DNA of 32,000 nt. It comes from Nitrosomonas europaea (GTDB taxonomy: Bacteria; Pseudomonadota; Gammaproteobacteria; Burkholderiales; Nitrosomonadaceae). The first letter of the stretch is position 1. The number at the start of each line of letters is the position of its first letter. The notes beneath the pieces were generated by a model, which saw only the letters and a program-made list of their open reading frames with translations, was not told where the DNA came from and did not search any database. Position numbers and translations under genes: made by a program. The stretch lies in contig NZ_FUWK01000030.1 in assembly GCF_900167395.1 (NCBI RefSeq), forward strand, positions 7,141 through 39,140, in the 5' to 3' direction. This document shows positions 1 through 8,240 of the stretch, piece by piece.

Positions 1-176
1 AGCAGCATTTCGCCGTTATTGAACAGTTTGTAGTACCAGTCCAGCGTAAAGCCCACCCATTCCGCATTCAGACGGGAATCGTTGAACGAATACACCACGA
101 CGACAATCAGCGGAATATAAAGAAATGCATAAACCGGGATGGCTGCAAGCCACAATGTCAGATTATTACGTTTCAT
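1..176 (-). CDS. potC: Polyamine-type ABC transporter permease, PotC-like. Only the N-terminal ~58 codons are present; the gene runs off the window start.
   Basis: My reverse-complement translation from the ATG at 176 gives MKRNNLTLWLAAIPVYAFLYIPLIVVVVYSFNDSRLNAEWVGFTLDWYYKLFNNGEML. This resembles the remembered E. coli PotC N-terminus (YLYIPIIILIVNSFNSSRFG..W.GFT..WY). The start lies 9 nt after the potB-like stop, on the same strand. Confidence 0.8.
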   Translation of the reverse strand, partial: MKRNNLTLWLAAIPVYAFLYIPLIVVVVYSFNDSRLNAEWVGFTLDWYYKLFNNGEML

Positions 177-185
177 GTCAGTGAA

Positions 186-1094
186 TTAATTGCTGGAAGC
201 AGTGCGGGAACGGGCGAACCAGGTGGCCAGGCCGGCCACACTCAGCACCGCCAGCGTGAGCATGATGGACAGGGTAGAGCCAAACGGCCAGTCGCGCGTA
301 CCGAGGAACTGATCCTTGATCAGGTTGCCGATCAGGATGTCACCGGTGCCACCCAGGATATCCGGTATGGCAAACATGCCGAGTACCGGGATGAATACCA
401 GTGCCGAACCGGAAAACACACCCGGCAGGGATTGTGGCCAGGTCACCCGCCAGAATCGCTGCCAGCGGTTCGCACCGAGATCCTGGGCTGCATCGAGCAA
501 TACCGGATCATGTTTTTCCAGATTGGTGTAGAGCGGCAGGATCATGAACGGCAGATGCACATACACCGTGCCTACCAGCACAGCAAAGGGAGAAAACAGC
601 AGCATGACCGGTTCTAAACCCAGCACATCGAGTACGCTGTTGATCAGGTGGCTGAATGTCGATTCCGGCCCGAGAATGATCATCCAGGCATAGATGCGGA
701 TCAGAAAGTTGCTGGCAAATGGCAATACCACCAGCAGTACCATCAGATTGCGGTATTTTTTTGCACTCCGGGCGATCAGCATGGCGACCGGGTAAGCCAT
801 GACCAGGCAGATCAAGGTGGTGGCCGTTGCAACCGCGAATGATTTCAGGAAAATTTCTGCGTACAGGATATCGCTGAAAAAGAAACGGTAGGTTTCGAGT
901 GTCAGACCGTACAAGCCGGAACCCTCTTCTGCGAGACCCGTTGCCGGCACTGATAGAGGTGCCAGCCCGCCAAATTCACCCGGGTAGCGGAAAGAGGTCA
1001 CGATCATGAGCAGGCTGGGTACCACAAAGAACAGCAGCAGGAACAGTGTCGGTGGCAGGCTTACCAGCCAGCGTGTCAGGCGAAGTCTGTTCAT
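186..1094 (-). CDS. potB: Polyamine-type ABC transporter permease, PotB-like
   Basis: 302-aa ORF with multiple hydrophobic helices and a binding-protein-dependent transport inner-membrane signature region (DAAQDLGANRWQRFWRVTWP). It sits between the ATPase and a second permease in potA-B-C order, with a 2-nt gap to the upstream ATPase gene. Confidence 0.85.
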   Translation of the reverse strand: MNRLRLTRWLVSLPPTLFLLLFFVVPSLLMIVTSFRYPGEFGGLAPLSVPATGLAEEGSGLYGLTLETYRFFFSDILYAEIFLKSFAVATATTLICLVMAYPVAMLIARSAKKYRNLMVLLVVLPFASNFLIRIYAWMIILGPESTFSHLINSVLDVLGLEPVMLLFSPFAVLVGTVYVHLPFMILPLYTNLEKHDPVLLDAAQDLGANRWQRFWRVTWPQSLPGVFSGSALVFIPVLGMFAIPDILGGTGDILIGNLIKDQFLGTRDWPFGSTLSIMLTLAVLSVAGLATWFARSRTASSN

Positions 1095-1096
1095 GT

Positions 1097-2182
1097 TCAG
1101 TTCATCAGAAATTGGGCGGCTTCCCGTGTCCAGCTGACGATGACCGGATCACCCACTTCAAAGAAACGCGCGCGTCCGGGTGAGGAGTTCGCCAGCAGGG
1201 CTTCCACGCGGATACCGCAATCCAGTTCGACGATATAGGTGGTGACATCGCCAACATAGAGAAAATCGAGCACTTTGCCGGTATGGGCATGGGGCAGTTC
1301 CGCATGCCTGGCCAGTGCATGTACGCTCACTTGTTCCGGGCGGATTGCCATCACGCCCTGATCTCCGGTTTTGATACCTTGTTTGAGTGGGAGTGTGGTG
1401 GTGCCGAGCTGGTCGATTTCCAGCGTCATGTCGTTGTCGGAAACCTGTGTTACCCGTGCTGCCATCAGATTGATCTTACCGATGAAGTCGGCAATGAAGC
1501 GATTGGCCGGGTGGCTGTAAATTACGGAAGGCTCACCGATCTGCTCGACTTGCCCCTGATTCATGACAGCAATTCGCTGCGATAGCGCCAGCGCTTCATC
1601 CTGCGAGTGAGTGACAAAAACGAAAGTGATGCCGACCTCTTTTTGCAGGCTGATCAGCTCCCGTTGCATATCTTCCCGCAGCTTTGCGTCCAAGGCGCCG
1701 AGCGGCTCATCCATCAGCAGCAGGCGTGGCCGGTTGATCAACCCGCGGGCAAATGCCACCCGCTGCTTTTGTCCGCCGGACAGTTCATGCGGAAAACGGT
1801 GTGTGAATCTGGACAGTTGTACTTCTTCCAGTGCTTTTTCTACTCGTTTTTTGATTTCGGCAGGTGTCTTTCCCGACATCTTCAATGGGAAAGCAACATT
1901 GTCCGCTACTGTCATGTGCGGAAACAGGGCGTAGCTCTGAAAGACCGTATGAATAGGACGTTTCTCGGGCGGAGTGTTGGCGATATCCTGTCCATCCAGC
2001 AATATTTGGCCGGAATCAGGTACATCGAACCCGGCAATCATGCGCAGGAGTGTCGTTTTTCCGCAGCCGGACGGACCCAGTAAGGTGAAGAGCTCGCCTG
2101 CCTCGATCGACAGATTGACGCAGTCTACTGCGGTGAAGTCGCCAAAACGCCGGGTAACGTCGCGCAACTCGAGTAACGCCAT
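1097..2182 (-). CDS. potA: ABC transporter ATP-binding protein, spermidine/putrescine importer PotA-like
   Basis: 361 aa. Walker A GPSGCGKTT, ABC signature LSGGQKQR, Walker B LLLMDEPLGALD, H-loop VTHSQ. The C-terminal ~120 aa resembles the regulatory/TOBE-like domain typical of PotA/MalK importers. Confidence 0.9.
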   Translation of the reverse strand: MALLELRDVTRRFGDFTAVDCVNLSIEAGELFTLLGPSGCGKTTLLRMIAGFDVPDSGQILLDGQDIANTPPEKRPIHTVFQSYALFPHMTVADNVAFPLKMSGKTPAEIKKRVEKALEEVQLSRFTHRFPHELSGGQKQRVAFARGLINRPRLLLMDEPLGALDAKLREDMQRELISLQKEVGITFVFVTHSQDEALALSQRIAVMNQGQVEQIGEPSVIYSHPANRFIADFIGKINLMAARVTQVSDNDMTLEIDQLGTTTLPLKQGIKTGDQGVMAIRPEQVSVHALARHAELPHAHTGKVLDFLYVGDVTTYIVELDCGIRVEALLANSSPGRARFFEVGDPVIVSWTREAAQFLMN

Positions 2183-2297
2183 GACTTTATTCCAAAAAGC
2201 CGGATTTTAACAAATTTGATTCTGCCGGGTTGGGAAACTCTGAATGCCTTTATATGAATGACAGTAAAGACTGGGATTCGGAGTTTCTCAGCCTCGT

Positions 2298-3812
2298 TCA
2301 GAGGTATATCTGGGCAAGTAGTAGTCCTGCCAGTAACAGTGCAAGCAACATCAGCAATCTGCTTTGCCGTTTCTCCTGTGCGACCAGTTGGGCCAGTCTG
2401 TCTTCCAGATTCTGGGCGCGTTCCTGGCTCAGGTTGTAGTGCAGCAGGCGGGGAAACTGCGGCAGAATGACTGCCCAGTTGGTTGCTTCCTTCTGGAGAT
2501 GGGTAACCAGCCCGCGCAGGCCGACCTGCTCAGCCATCCAGTTTTCCAGAAAGGGTTTGGCGGTTTTCCAGAGATCGAGATCCGGGTCCAGATCACGACC
2601 CAGTCCTTCGATATTGAGTAAGGTTTTCTGCAGCAGAACGAGCTGGGGCTGGATTTCCACGTTGAACTGGCGCGAAGCCTGAAACAGACGCAGCAGCACA
2701 CGGCCAAAATAGATTTCTTTCAGCGGCCGGTCGAAAATCGGTTCACAGACGGCACGAATAGCAGATTCGAAGTCATCCACGCGCGTATTTCTCGGTGCCC
2801 AACCTGCTTCAATATGTGTTTGCGCCACACGACGGTAATCGCGGCGGAAAAAAGCCAGGAAATTCTGTGCCAGGTAGTTTTTATCCTGATCACTCAGCGA
2901 GCCCATAATGCCGAAATCCACGGCGATGTAGCGCCCGTCACTGCCAACGAAGATATTGCCAGGATGCATGTCGGCATGGAAATAGCCATCTCTGAATACC
3001 TGAGTGAAGAATATCTCCACTCCCATGCGGGCAAGTTGAGGAATATCGATTCCCTGTGTGCGCAACGAGGCGACATGGCTGATGGGAGTGCCAACGACGC
3101 GTTCCATCACCATGACTTCCGTGTGGCAGTAATCCCAGTACACTTCCGGTACCAGCAGTAGAGGAGAATCCAGAAAATTACGCCGTAACTGGCTGCAGTT
3201 GGCTGCTTCCCGGATCAGGTCGAGCTCATCTCCCAGATGCCGTGCGAATTCTGCCACCACCTCACGCAGTTTCAGCCGTTTACCATCCGGCCAGATGGAT
3301 TCGAGCAACCAGGCGCCGGTTTCCATCAGTGCCACATCATGTGCGATGACCGGCGCGATGGTCGGCCGCAGGATCTTGACAGCAGCGCGTGTGCCATCAT
3401 GCAGTACCGCATAGTGCACCTGGGCAACCGATGCACTGGCGACCGGTTTGATATCGAATTCGAGAAAAACCTCATGAACCGGTCTGCCGTAGACGGTTTC
3501 CAGAATTTGGACTGCCTGCTCCGAAGGGAAGGGGGGTACCCGATCCTGCAGCAGTGCCAGTTCCTCGGCAAAATCCTGGGCAAGTAAATCCCGGCGAGTG
3601 GACAGCATCTGTCCAAACTTGATGAAAATAGGCCCTAGTGTTTCCAGCGCCAGACGCAACCTGACCGCGCGCGGCAGCTGGAGCCGTGAGCGGAATGGCA
3701 GCAAAGCCGAGAATACCTTGAGTATGCGCAGGCGAACTTGAGTGAACAGGATTTCATCCAGACCGAAACGAAAAGCGATCAGGATGATTTTGAGCAGGCG
3801 GAAGAAACGCAT
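2298..3812 (-). CDS. ubiB: Ubiquinone biosynthesis protein UbiB (ABC1/ADCK atypical kinase family)
   Basis: 504 aa. N-terminus [20 protein letters not shown], motifs [31 protein letters not shown] and [11 protein letters not shown], plus a C-terminal hydrophobic helix. It lies directly downstream of a ubiJ-like gene. Confidence 0.9.
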   Translation of the reverse strand: MRFFRLLKIILIAFRFGLDEILFTQVRLRILKVFSALLPFRSRLQLPRAVRLRLALETLGPIFIKFGQMLSTRRDLLAQDFAEELALLQDRVPPFPSEQAVQILETVYGRPVHEVFLEFDIKPVASASVAQVHYAVLHDGTRAAVKILRPTIAPVIAHDVALMETGAWLLESIWPDGKRLKLREVVAEFARHLGDELDLIREAANCSQLRRNFLDSPLLLVPEVYWDYCHTEVMVMERVVGTPISHVASLRTQGIDIPQLARMGVEIFFTQVFRDGYFHADMHPGNIFVGSDGRYIAVDFGIMGSLSDQDKNYLAQNFLAFFRRDYRRVAQTHIEAGWAPRNTRVDDFESAIRAVCEPIFDRPLKEIYFGRVLLRLFQASRQFNVEIQPQLVLLQKTLLNIEGLGRDLDPDLDLWKTAKPFLENWMAEQVGLRGLVTHLQKEATNWAVILPQFPRLLHYNLSQERAQNLEDRLAQLVAQEKRQSRLLMLLALLLAGLLLAQIYL

Positions 3813-3901
3813 GAGGCAGTTGACCGGTCAGTGAAATTACCGGCAAACGAGGCCGGTGTCAGTGTGGCACGCAGCACAGCACTGCGTCATACGATTCTCG
3901 G

Positions 3902-4534
3902 TCATCGGCCAGTCCGGGGCAGATTGCCCGCAATCGAAGAAAACGATGGAACGAGTGCGGTAATCCGCTTCTCGAGTCGTAAAATCCGCCGCTGCAGTGA
4001 TTCAACCTCGGAAGCAAGCTGATGGAACCGATTTCTGCTCGCGGTTACCGGCTGCTCCTCGCTCAGGAATTCACCCAGTGCTCGCGACAGATTGCGGATG
4101 CTTCCCAGATGCCAGCGTACCAGCTCCTGTCCGGTCAAGGTTGCCCGCCGGGCAAGCACATCTCCCATGACCGAGCTCAGATTTTCTTCGATTCCCGCCT
4201 GAAAGATCTTGCCCATGTAAAGCAGAGTATCTGCCAGTTCCGGATCACCGCAGATGATGATTTTATCGAACGCGGCCATCTCGCCGGAAGCAATGCGGGG
4301 GATGAGCTCGGCCGCTATGTCGAGAATGACCGCAGCTTGCGTATCTTTGGCGGCTGTCGTGAAATGGCCGTCCTGCGTAATCGTGACAGACAGGCTGGCC
4401 AGAGAGTCGATACGGAAACATACGGTTTCATTCGCATGAGTCTGTAACCGCTGTTTCACCTGGCTTGATTTATTGGCCAGACGATTCAGACAGCCAGCCA
4501 GGGGGTAAGTCAATAGTGAAGACTGAGTGATCAT
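3902..4534 (-). CDS. ubiJ: Ubiquinone biosynthesis accessory factor UbiJ-like (SCP2 lipid-binding domain protein)
   Basis: 210 aa, located immediately upstream of ubiB as in ubiE-ubiJ-ubiB loci. The central region is SCP2-like (ICGDPELADTLLYMGKIF). The C-terminal amphipathic tail (SEVESLQRRILRLEKRI) resembles the remembered E. coli UbiJ tail (VDALTKRLEKLE). Confidence 0.65.
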   Translation of the reverse strand: MITQSSLLTYPLAGCLNRLANKSSQVKQRLQTHANETVCFRIDSLASLSVTITQDGHFTTAAKDTQAAVILDIAAELIPRIASGEMAAFDKIIICGDPELADTLLYMGKIFQAGIEENLSSVMGDVLARRATLTGQELVRWHLGSIRNLSRALGEFLSEEQPVTASRNRFHQLASEVESLQRRILRLEKRITALVPSFSSIAGNLPRTGR

Positions 4535-4622
4535 TACAGAAACGGATTGTCAACATGGCCTGCTATCAGTGCAGGGCGGGTATGCCTGCCGCCGGATGGT
4601 TGAGAGTACATCCGGTGGCAGA

Positions 4623-5057
4623 TCAGCTGGTCAGATTATAGCGCGATTTGGCGGGTGGACAGGCGGTTGCATCATTGCCGCTCAACCGGTTGACGATGAC
4701 TTCAGACAGGGTGAGCTGCTCCTGCAGCGCGATTTCGGAAAGAATTTTCCACGCGCGATGGGTCACGCTGATGGTTTTATGCGGCTCAGCAGCGTATCGC
4801 AATCTTGTTTCCTGCCGGTCTTTGGCTATACAGATAGCCTGTTTGATTTCTGCCCATTGGCTTTCATTCAGCCACTTCTGGCACCACGCATTGAAACTGG
4901 CCGGGTCGGTCCTGGCCTGCAGATATTCCTGCCCGGCGATCGCCCGCTGAGATTCGGTTTCATTGAGCCACGCGTGGTTTTGATTCAGCTGATTATCGAT
5001 GAAGCTGATAGCTGCATTTCTGTCCTGTTGCCGGATGACGTAAGTGTGGTTTGTCAT
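4623..5057 (-). CDS. Small DNA-binding protein with a C-terminal ribbon-helix-helix, MatP-like. No C-terminal coiled coil.
   Basis: 144-aa ORF. Residues ~52-125 (PASFNAWCQKWLNESQWAEIKQAICIAKDRQ...HKTISVTHRAWKILSEIALQEQLTLSEVIVNRL) align almost without gaps to remembered E. coli MatP residues ~51-123 ([31 protein letters not shown]...[33 protein letters not shown]). That the ORF is a real gene is fairly secure. The family call is tentative. Confidence 0.5.
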   Translation of the reverse strand: MTNHTYVIRQQDRNAAISFIDNQLNQNHAWLNETESQRAIAGQEYLQARTDPASFNAWCQKWLNESQWAEIKQAICIAKDRQETRLRYAAEPHKTISVTHRAWKILSEIALQEQLTLSEVIVNRLSGNDATACPPAKSRYNLTS

Positions 5058-5369
5058 TTTTATTTTTGCTCAACTTGTTGCTCGAATTTCCGAAATATAA
5101 ATAACGTCTTACGAGTGAGGATATTACAAGGGAACGTACCTTGGTCGCAACGTGAATTCCTGTCGTTCAGACGCCTGCCTGATTTCTTTTTTCGCCGTTA
5201 TGTGCTGCCATTTTTCCGGTTTTCAGAGCGGGGAGGATGGAAATGGCTGTCATTGCGTATTGTACCCGGCTTTGGAATCAGCAGAAATGAAGCCGGTTTA
5301 TCAATCTGTTTGAAATTACATACTTGTTTTGCTGCAGTAATCTGTTGCAAATTTAAGACAGGAGCCCTT

Positions 5370-7583
5370 ATGAGCACTGACCTCGAGCAATTTTACGAGA
5401 TATTTTTTGAGGAAGCAGGTGAATTGCTGGCAGAAATGGAAACACGCCTGCTGAGGCTGGATATTCTGTCGCCTGATCCGGAAGATCTGAATGCGATATT
5501 TCGTGTGGCCCATTCCATCAAAGGTGGAGCGGGAACCTTCGGTTTTACCGATATGGCAGAACTCACCCACGTGCTGGAATCCCTGCTGGACAGATTGCGC
5601 AGGAATGAGCTCGAACTGCGCGCTGAAATGGTGGATGCTTTCCTGCATGCCCGGGACGTGCTGAAACACCAGCTCGACGGCCACAAGGGCAACGGTTCAG
5701 CCGATCCGGCGGAAGTGGAAGCGGTCAATCGCAAACTGAAAGAGCTGGAGAGGGATACCGGCAGCAGTCATACGCCGTCTGAATGTCTGTCTGAAACCAT
5801 CGAATCTGCATCGGTGGAAGAATCTGCCAGCGCTGTCGGTGCTGCTGTACCGGTCGCTGTTGCAGAACTGTCCGTGGCAGTAGCTCAACCGGTTTCCGTT
5901 CCGGAAAATGCAGCCACCTACCGGATCGAATTTGATTGCACGAACCTTGCCCGGCCGGTCATGGAAAAACTGCTGGCCGATCTCTCACGGCAGGGGCAAC
6001 TGAAAAACCTGACCGAACCGGGCAATGAAACGGTCTGTACATTGCAGCTTTCCACGCAGATCAGTGAGGAAGATGTCTGGGAATCGCTGGCATTTTTAGT
6101 GGATCCGACCAGCTTGTCCATCGAGATCGCTGGAAAAATTGCGGATGATTCGCCATTGGCTGCAGTGGTTCCCGAACCGGTGATCGAATGTGAACAGAAA
6201 CACCCTCCTGCCATCGATCAGACAGCTGCAACAGTTGTTGAGGTGCAGGAGGAGAAAGAAGAAACCATAACACCCGTCCTGTCCAATGCTGCCAGTCCTG
6301 TTCCTGTCAGTCTCGTGAGTTCCGGGGCGAAGCAACCCGCAGGAGCAACTGCCGGCGCACCGCGCTCGAAATCATCGGCAGAGCAGTCCTCAGCAAACAG
6401 CGAATCTTCTTCCATTCGTGTCAGTGTCGAGAAAGTGGATCAGATGATCAATCTGGTAGGTGAGCTGGTCATTACCCAGGCCATGCTGGCGCAAACTGCC
6501 AGTCAGATCGATCCGGTCATTTTCGAAAAACTGCTCAACGGCCTCAACCAGCTCGAACGTAATACGCGCGACCTGCAGGAAGCTGTCATGTCGATCCGTA
6601 TGATGCCGATCAGTTTCGTCTTCAGCCGATTCCCGCGTGTAGTGAGAGATGTCGCTTCCAAGCTCGGCAAGCAGGTCGATCTCAAAACCGTAGGTGAAGG
6701 TACCGAACTGGATAAAGGGCTGATTGAAAAAATTACCGATCCGCTGACGCATCTCATCCGCAACAGTCTCGATCACGGTATCGAAACACCGGAAAAAAGA
6801 AGGGAGCTGGGTAAACCGGCGCGCGGCACGATTACCCTGCGTGCTTCTCACCAGGGGGGAAGCGTCATCATCGAGGTGGCGGATGACGGCGGCGGACTGA
6901 ACCGGGAGAAAATCCTGGCCAAGGCACAAAGCCGTAGCCTGCCTGTCAACGAAAACATGACCGATCAGGAAGTGTGGATGCTGATTTTCGAAGCTGGCTT
7001 CTCCACTGCCGATGTCGTGACGGATGTCTCCGGTCGTGGTGTGGGCATGGATGTGGTCAAACGCAATATCGAAGGGCTTGGCGGACGGGTGGAAATCGAT
7101 TCGATTACCGGACAGGGCACCCGGATCTCGATCCGTCTGCCGCTGACGCTCGCCATATTGGATGGATTGTCGGTTGCTGTGGGTGATCAGATGTTCATCA
7201 TCCCGCTGACCTATATTACCGAATCACTCAAACCTGCCGCAGAGGATATCCGCACCATACAAGGTCAGGGGCGCGTGGTACAGGTGCGCGGAGAATACTT
7301 GCCGGTGATTGCCCTGCATGAAATTTTCAATCTGGAACCGACTGTCAAAAATATCCACGAGGGCATTCTGGTGATCCTCGATGCCGAAGGCAGCAAGGCT
7401 GCCATGTTTGTCGATACGCTGGTCGGCCAGCATCAGGTGGTGATCAAGAGTCTGGAAAGCAACTATCGCCGCGTAGCGGGAGTTTCGGGTGCCACTATCA
7501 TGGGCGATGGCAGTGTTGCTCTGATCCTCGACGCTGTGGGACTGGTCAATGTCACAAAACAGAGAATGATCCATGCAGCGTAA
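5370..7583 (+). CDS. cheA: Chemotaxis histidine kinase CheA (P1-P2-P3-P4-P5, no receiver domain)
   Basis: I trimmed the track ORF 4527..7583 to the in-frame ATG at 5370, which follows an AGGAG at 5359-5363. The N-terminus MSTDLEQFYEIFFEEAGELL matches the CheA Hpt start. Motifs: phospho-His HSIKGGAGTFGF, a P2-like segment (RIEFDCTN...SLSIEI), N-box HLIRNSLDHGIE, G1 DDGGGL, F-box FEAGFST, G2 GRGVGMDVV, and a C-terminal CheW-like P5. Confidence 0.95.
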   Translation: MSTDLEQFYEIFFEEAGELLAEMETRLLRLDILSPDPEDLNAIFRVAHSIKGGAGTFGFTDMAELTHVLESLLDRLRRNELELRAEMVDAFLHARDVLKHQLDGHKGNGSADPAEVEAVNRKLKELERDTGSSHTPSECLSETIESASVEESASAVGAAVPVAVAELSVAVAQPVSVPENAATYRIEFDCTNLARPVMEKLLADLSRQGQLKNLTEPGNETVCTLQLSTQISEEDVWESLAFLVDPTSLSIEIAGKIADDSPLAAVVPEPVIECEQKHPPAIDQTAATVVEVQEEKEETITPVLSNAASPVPVSLVSSGAKQPAGATAGAPRSKSSAEQSSANSESSSIRVSVEKVDQMINLVGELVITQAMLAQTASQIDPVIFEKLLNGLNQLERNTRDLQEAVMSIRMMPISFVFSRFPRVVRDVASKLGKQVDLKTVGEGTELDKGLIEKITDPLTHLIRNSLDHGIETPEKRRELGKPARGTITLRASHQGGSVIIEVADDGGGLNREKILAKAQSRSLPVNENMTDQEVWMLIFEAGFSTADVVTDVSGRGVGMDVVKRNIEGLGGRVEIDSITGQGTRISIRLPLTLAILDGLSVAVGDQMFIIPLTYITESLKPAAEDIRTIQGQGRVVQVRGEYLPVIALHEIFNLEPTVKNIHEGILVILDAEGSKAAMFVDTLVGQHQVVIKSLESNYRRVAGVSGATIMGDGSVALILDAVGLVNVTKQRMIHAA

Positions 7584-7657
7584 TAAATTGATCAAATTTC
7601 TGTGGGGAAGGCCGTTAAAACTGCTACCCGATTGTGCACATTACTGAGGAGCAAACC

Positions 7658-8167
7658 ATGTTGTTGACACAAGCCGCAGCCGCCGGTGAATCGCTTAACC
7701 CGGTTGGAAATCTTGCCAGCAGTGAATTCCTGATTTTTCGCCTGGGGAAAGAGGAATACGGTATCGAGATACTCAAAGTCCAGGAAATACGCGGATACGA
7801 CGCCATCACCCGTATTGCCAACGCCCCCGAATTCATCAAAGGGGTCATCAATCTGCGCGGTGTCATCGTCCCGATCGTCGATATGCGTATCAAATTCAAT
7901 CTGGGTGAGGCCCTCTACGATCAGTTCACCGTGGTCATCATTCTGAATCTGTCCGGGCGTGTCATCGGCATCGTGGTGGATGGTGTATCCGATGTGATCA
8001 ATCTGGATACCGAACATTTGCGCCCCGCCCCGGAGTTTGGCGGGGTGATCGATACCGAATACATCATCGGACTTGGCACCATGGAAGAACGCATGCTGAT
8101 TCTGGTGGATATCGAGAAGCTCATGAGCAGTTCGGAAATGGGTCTGCTGGAACAGACAGGCAAATAG
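7658..8167 (+). CDS. cheW: Chemotaxis coupling protein CheW
   Basis: High similarity to remembered E. coli CheW ([58 protein letters not shown]). I prefer the ATG at 7658, which has GAGGAG at 7646-7651 and a 6-nt spacer, over the track GTG at 7634. Confidence 0.9.
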   Translation: MLLTQAAAAGESLNPVGNLASSEFLIFRLGKEEYGIEILKVQEIRGYDAITRIANAPEFIKGVINLRGVIVPIVDMRIKFNLGEALYDQFTVVIILNLSGRVIGIVVDGVSDVINLDTEHLRPAPEFGGVIDTEYIIGLGTMEERMLILVDIEKLMSSSEMGLLEQTGK

Positions 8168-8240
8168 TTGTAGAAATCAGTGGCTGTGACGGGTGCACAG
8201 TATTTATTTTGGGAAACAAGTTACTTTATCGGGAGCAGAA

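Noticed and set aside
5244-5256. Sigma54-like TGGCTG-N-TTGC upstream of cheA
   Set aside because: The GG-to-GC spacing is 2 nt shorter than in the TGGCAC-N5-TTGC consensus, and the -24 hexamer is imperfect. I also found no convincing sigma28 promoter upstream of cheA. GCCGTTAT near 5196 matches 6 of 8 positions but has no -35.
5238-5291. Very short SD-preceded peptide frames in spacers. Examples are GGGGAGG followed by ATG codons upstream of cheA, a 10-codon ORF at 10635-10667, and a TTG-initiated 15-codon frame in the GTPase leader.
   Set aside because: They are too short to evaluate without conservation or ribosome-profiling data, and they show no coupling to a downstream start. I therefore do not report them as features.
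4527-5369. A 281-codon in-frame N-terminal extension of the cheA ORF in the six-frame track
   Set aside because: It is antisense to the ubiJ start and the whole MatP-like gene. Its composition is odd and Cys/Phe/Arg-rich. CheA homology begins exactly at the ATG at 5370 (MSTDLEQFYEIFFEEAGELL), which has its own AGGAG SD.
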